Below, piece by piece: positions 58,721 to 64,000 of a stretch of 64,000 bases of DNA. The notes under the pieces are model-generated. The model was not told the DNA's origin, ran no database searches, and saw nothing but the letters and a program-made list of their open reading frames with translations. Source of the stretch: Carcharhinus longimanus (Eukaryota); NCBI GenBank assembly GCA_030264375.1, contig JASCQW010000139.1, forward strand, positions 31,220,398-31,284,397. The letters are read 5' to 3'. Both the position numbers and the translations under genes were made by a program. The first letter of the stretch is position 1, and every line of letters starts with the position of its first letter.

Positions 58721-60986
58721 CAGGTGAGGCATTAGCTACCAAGCTACCAACATGGTTTCCGCACCAATTGTTAGTGCTAAAAGACCTCGCTGTTCTGATT
58801 TATGATTTTCTCTGTATAGAGTTATCATGGAACAGAACCCGACACTATATTTTTATTAAAAAATATATCCTCATGGCTACTTTTTATTTTAAACTGGACC
58901 TTTTGGCTGAACAAAGGCCATTAAGTTCATTGACCCTATGTCTGTGAGTTATTGCTTGTGAGTTGCCAGAGAAAAAGCCACTTTCAGAAGGCAGAGATGT
59001 CACACATTGTTATTTCTCAACAGACCAGGGGACTGCACAGCTCAAGTTCAAAGTGAGCTACACAAAGGCTATTTGTATTTGATAAACCAGGCCTGCAGCA
59101 GAGTCAAAGAATCTAAGAAGACAATGACTTCCCAAACCAGACCCTCAACAAATAGCACCTCTTTCAACCTATAATTGTTGAGATGCTATCAGCATGGAAC
59201 ATGAAGACATACAGACTCAAACATTATTCTTTTTCTCCCCCCACAGGTGCTGCCAAACCTGTTGAGTTTTACTGTATAAACATCCTTTATTGAAGACCTC
59301 TTGGAGAAGTACAGTCACATGACCTAAGACTCTGGCTTATTGAACAAGTTAATACTGCCTTCCTGAGCCACAAGCCAGTCTGCTGTTTGAACATATGACG
59401 AGCAGGCCATGCAGAATGTGCTCTGGCCAGGTAGGACACCTGACCCCATCACAACAGAACTCTGTTGGAAGTTCTACACTGTTGTCTATAAAATCTCAAT
59501 TATCTCTGCATGCCTATTTCTCCTCTGTGAACTGAACACCACTAGAAAAATGCATTTTAATACAGTGGTTTTTAGCCCGCCAATCTCAGTGAAATAATTC
59601 CTCATCAGACTTTGATTCTGGACTCTGGAACTTACATGAACCAATATTTATTCTCTCTGTGGTCCTTCTTTTCTCTATCCATCCTTTACTGAATGGGGCG
59701 GGCAGCGCACCGCAGACCCTCCTTTTTGCAATGTTTGAATGTGTACAATAAACTAACCTTTTGAGGTCATTCTACCTTGAATTTGCCATGGGGCTATTGG
59801 TAAGAATTAGATCACACAAGAAAATGAGGAGGTTTGAAATATGGCACCATTTGTTAAAAAAGAAACAAAATACCCTTCTGTTTACAGATGGGTGATTAGG
59901 GGAAAAATTAGTGCTGTTTGAATGGACATATCCCAAACAGAGTGTAAAGAAGAGGTTGCATGATGAATAATGTTGTGATATCAGTGCTATGTCATAATCC
60001 TCTTTATAAAGAAGTTATCTGTCGTGTGACCCACTCCAAAATGTTATCTGGTGTTGATAATGTGAAAATTATGGCTGTTAGAGGAAATTTGGTTTCATAA
60101 TTGGGACATAATGTCATTTAATACACAAGGTCATGAATTTAAGGTAACTAAATTTATCCAATTCTAATTTTATTAACTGATATCCTGAAATTTTTATTGT
60201 TTTTTTAAAGGATTGAATTCCACAATTGTTCATTTGTCTGTGAAAATTTTAAAAGTGTCTTTTGTTATCCGTGTGTTCATAAATGAGGGGCTTAATTTTT
60301 ATATGCACTTCATCATCTATATTTTTAATTTTGATCTCTTACATTTGTTTAGAAGCATAGCAAGATGTACCAGGTTGGAGTCAAGGGTCAAATGGTATCA
60401 AGGAACAGAATCATGGAATTTAGCAAGACTGTTGGAAATAGGTAGGAAACATCATGTTATACCTTACATTGGCATGAAACAACGTAATCTGACAAGATTT
60501 TCCGCTCCTATTGCTGATCCTGTCTGATGAAAATGGGAGCAGAAAATCCCCCCAATGACTTTAGTTTAGATGCATGCATGGTAATGAAAGTTTACAGCGT
60601 GAAAGTAAACAAGGATTAAAGAAAACTAAGCTGTTGCTTGGCAACCATCGCCACCCTGGGACAGAAAGAACTTTTAAATTAGTTGTAAGCTGAACCCAGG
60701 AGAAGCTTGACAGGATAAGGCAGCTGCAGAGAGCAGACTTCTCAAAAGAAAGTCCCAAAAAACAGGGAGTGGGGACAAAGAAAAATGTCTCAGGGAGACA
60801 GTTAAATTAGAAGAACAAAGAACAATAAATTAACCAGGGTACTATCTGAAGTTAAAATAAAAAGCAGAGAAATTGATCTGAGTTAAATAGAGAGCTGCAA
60901 GGACCAGATTTAAAGTTGTCTAGCTGAAAGGCCAGTGGAAATCAAAAATTTGATGATGCCTTAACATAGCCTGTGAAATGGTAGTG

Positions 60987-61322
60987 TTAGAATCATAGCA
61001 TCCTACAGTGCAGAAAGGGGTCACTCAGCCCATCGAGTCTGCACCAACCACAATTCCACCCAGGCCCTATCCCCACATATTTACCCACTAATCCCTCTAA
61101 CCTATGCACCCCAAGACACTAAGGGGCAATTTAGAATGGCCAATCAACTTAGCACACACACATCTTTGGACTGTGGGAGGAAACCAGAGCACCCAGAGGA
61201 AACCCACGCAGACACAGGGAGAATGTGCAAACTCTGCATAGACAGTGACCCAAGGCCAGAATTGATTCATGGACTCTGGTACTGTAAGGCAGCAGTGCTA
61301 ACCACTGTGCCACCGTGCTGCC
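60987..61322 (-). mobile_element. HE1-like SINE, full length
   Basis: Reverse complement of the consensus seen at 50755. Confidence 0.9.
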
Positions 61323-62019
61323 CCAATTCCTAAGTTTATTGGTTAGAAGATACGGTTCACTGCCCCAGAAGATTACCATTGCAAGAATGTTCTAAATACA
61401 CAGCAGGTGTCACTTCCGTAGCATGTGTGAGAAATGTTTGTTAAAAAGTCCAAGAGTAACTGAGATCAGATTTGGATGATAGCTCTGTGTGAATTCAGTG
61501 GAATTTACCTATCAAAAGACAATGAAGCTGGTATATAGGTTGTAAAAACAATAAAGTACAAGTCAGAGGATTGTCATATACCATAGAATTCTCTGATCAA
61601 ACTATTACCTTGAATCTAGCTCCTAATCATCCAAACTCAAAGGAGACAGTCAGCTGTGAGGTGTCAGTGGAGTCAATAATGAGCAACTACTGACCTCAGC
61701 CTTGAGAGGTGGTAATGATGGTGTGACATTATCTGAAATAGTGAACATCAGTAAAGTCAAATTGAAAACATGGCAGTAAAACAAGTGGAAGAAAGGCCAA
61801 TTTGACAAAAGCAAACCTAGAACTGTTGTCAAGATCCACCAATGGGATATTTTTCTGCTTGAAGGAAGGTGGTGCTTGAAGGAAGCATAACTTGGGATGC
61901 TCTAGCCATGTGAGCAGGCAGTTTCTATTCATTACTTGAATCAACACTGGGGCAGTATAATAAAAATACCAGGATAATTTAAAAACTATTGACAGACTGA
62001 TGGGGCACTGTACGAGTGG

Positions 62020-62250
62020 ACATGGGTCTGTGTGAAGTTTGCGCCTTCTCCCTATGTCTGCATGGGTTTCCTCTGGATGCTCTGGTTTCCTCCCACAGCC
62101 TAAAGATGTATGAGTTAGGTTGATTGGCCATGCTAAATTGACCCTAGTTTTGGGGGGATTAGCAGGGTAAATATGTGGGGTTTGTTGTCAGTGCAGGCTT
62201 GATGGGCTGAATGACCTCCTTCTGTGCTGTAGGGAATCTATGAGTCTATG
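62020..62250 (+). mobile_element. HE1-like SINE, 5'-truncated
   Basis: V-domain and tail present. Confidence 0.85.
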
Positions 62251-62855
62251 AAATGAGGGATGGGCTGATTGAGTCATCATATTTCTACCTCCTTGTGAGA
62301 CGTCTCCAAAGGATTAATGAAGAATATGTGCCAAAGACACAACAGGTAAACACCCGAATGGGCAAAATGTTTTCCCACCAATTTCTCCCTTTACTCAATG
62401 AAAACATTTTTTGGATTAAAGTATAAATCCATTTTCATTTAAGTGCACAGTTGCAGCAAGTTGAATATAAATATTGATTTATATTGACATATAATATAGA
62501 CATTTTTCCAGTGTTACCTTAGAAGGTGGAAGAAGCAGGTGCTGGGAGGAGTGATTCTTTCATACAAACCTGTCACCAAAGCCATTTTGAGGATTTTTGG
62601 TAAACATATAAGATTTGCATTTATTTTCTGATCTCTTGTACTTACAGAAACAGGAAATGTTCTGTTTATTTTGTTATGAAAATGGAATGTGTGCTGCTCC
62701 AACAACATTCAAGAGGTTTAGCAATATTCCAGGATCGTGCAGCTCACTTCATAAGNNNNNNNNNNNNNNNNNNNNNNNNNNNNNNNNNNNNNNNNNNNNN
62801 NNNNNNNNNNNNNNNNNNNNNNNNNNNNNNNNNNNNNNNNNNNNNNNNNNNNNNN

Positions 62856-62997
62856 AGGAAACCAGAGCACCCAGAGGAAACCCACGCAGACACAGGGAGA
62901 ATGTGCAAACTCCACACAGACAGTGACCCGAGCCAGCATTCGAATCCAGGTCCCTGGAGCTGTGAAGCAGCAGTGCTAACCACTGTGCTACCGTGTT
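62856..62997 (-). mobile_element. HE1-like SINE head (rest in gap)
   Basis: AGGAAACCAGAGCACCCAGAGGAAACCCACGCAGACACAGGGAG...CTAACCACTGTGCTACC. Confidence 0.85.
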
Positions 62998-63773
62998 CTG
63001 TTCTTGGGTACCTGAGAGATTGTGTGGCAGCTTGAATGCTCGTGGCAATCAAAGGCGTAAGGATATCGAAAGGATAAATTGAAATCCTGGAGCTTTATCC
63101 TTGGTGGTCATCTGAGCAAAAGCTTTGTTTGGGGGAAGATTCCAAGAGGGCTCTTAAAAGGTAGAATTTCGAAACACTTGCTTGTAAGTCAGAGTTCCAG
63201 TGAGACCAGTCAGCTCACAGTGGGATAGGCATCTGAAGAGATTTGATGAGAAATCCACAGAAGTTGTATTGGGTGGTATCTGTCACTTGGTTTCAGAATG
63301 TTGTAAGCCGAATAACAGTTGGCTTATTGGTTTACATGAACTGTGTACTTACTGAGAACATTAGAGGATAAGACATATTTTGTGACTTGTGTTATCCTTA
63401 CAAATCTGTGTACATTTGTAAAGAAATAGTGGGGTAAAGGAGTAGTGTATTCTTGTTAACATCTGTTGGATGTAACTCCCTCATTATACGGTGCTGTTTT
63501 ATGGCGAACAATATTAACATCTGATATAAAATTGATATGGCCATTAAAAAAAACATTAGCACTTTGTAGCCCAACAGCTTGATTTCTCCAACTATTTTCT
63601 ACTAAGGAAAGAATATAAAGATACAAAAAAAAAGTAGGTTGAAACTTCTAGTGATGATACTGTTAGTAAGCTGCTGGGATATTTTACTCTGTTAAAGACA
63701 CTAAATATATTGATAGGCTGATACAGCAGAGAATGAATCACCTTAAGTCTATGTTCTCTGGTTGCTGCCTCTA

Positions 63774-64000
63774 AGAATCATAGAATCCCTGTAGTGCAGT
63801 AGGAGGCCATTTGGCCCATCGTCTGCTCCAACTTCCCGATACAGCATCTTACTCTNNNNNNNNNNNNNNNNNNNNNNNNNNNNNNNNNNNNNNNNNNNNN
63901 NNNNNNNNNNNNNNNNNNNNNNNNNNNNNNNNNNNNNNNNNNNNNNNNNNNNNNNCTCTGGCCCACCCCACGCATTTATCCCATTAATCCCCCTAACCTA
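63774..64000 (-). mobile_element. HE1-like SINE tail (gapped, runs off window)
   Basis: AGAATCATAGAATCCCTGTAGTGCAGTAGGAGGCCATTTGGCCCATCG. Confidence 0.8.

Noticed and set aside
60494-60548. Small imperfect hairpin GATTTTCCGCTCC...GGAGCAGAAAATC
   Set aside because: Likely a collapsed MITE end pair; too short to support a miRNA or functional call.

Overview
Eukaryotic, AT-rich, repeat-dense DNA from a draft assembly with N-gaps. The repeat families (HE1/V-SINE-type SINEs, CR1 LINEs) point to an elasmobranch, probably a shark; this is inference. One gene spans the window on the minus strand: an intact merlin (NF2-family FERM tumour suppressor) gene of the short-N-terminus NF2-like/nf2b type. 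I traced 16 coding exons by hand from ATG 53034 to TAA 6821. All have GT-AG boundaries and join into a 1770-nt, 589-aa frame ending VAFLEEL. A further 59-nt cassette exon (15671-15729, VQAQG...) appears homologous to human NF2 exon 16 but has no internal stop, so it would give a new C-terminus. Introns hold HE1-like SINEs, CR1/L2/RTE fragments, a decayed pogo/Tc2-type transposase, Penelope-type ends with a hammerhead ribozyme core, LTR-like segments, a G-rich minisatellite, a perfect double hairpin, an inverted duplication and a 330-bp direct duplication. I found no prokaryotic-type system (CRISPR, operon, phage) and cannot claim a wholly new biological system. The best leads are the alternative merlin C-termini, the double-hairpin element and the hammerhead motif. 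Repeat family names come from recognition, not a database search, and repeat boundaries are approximate.
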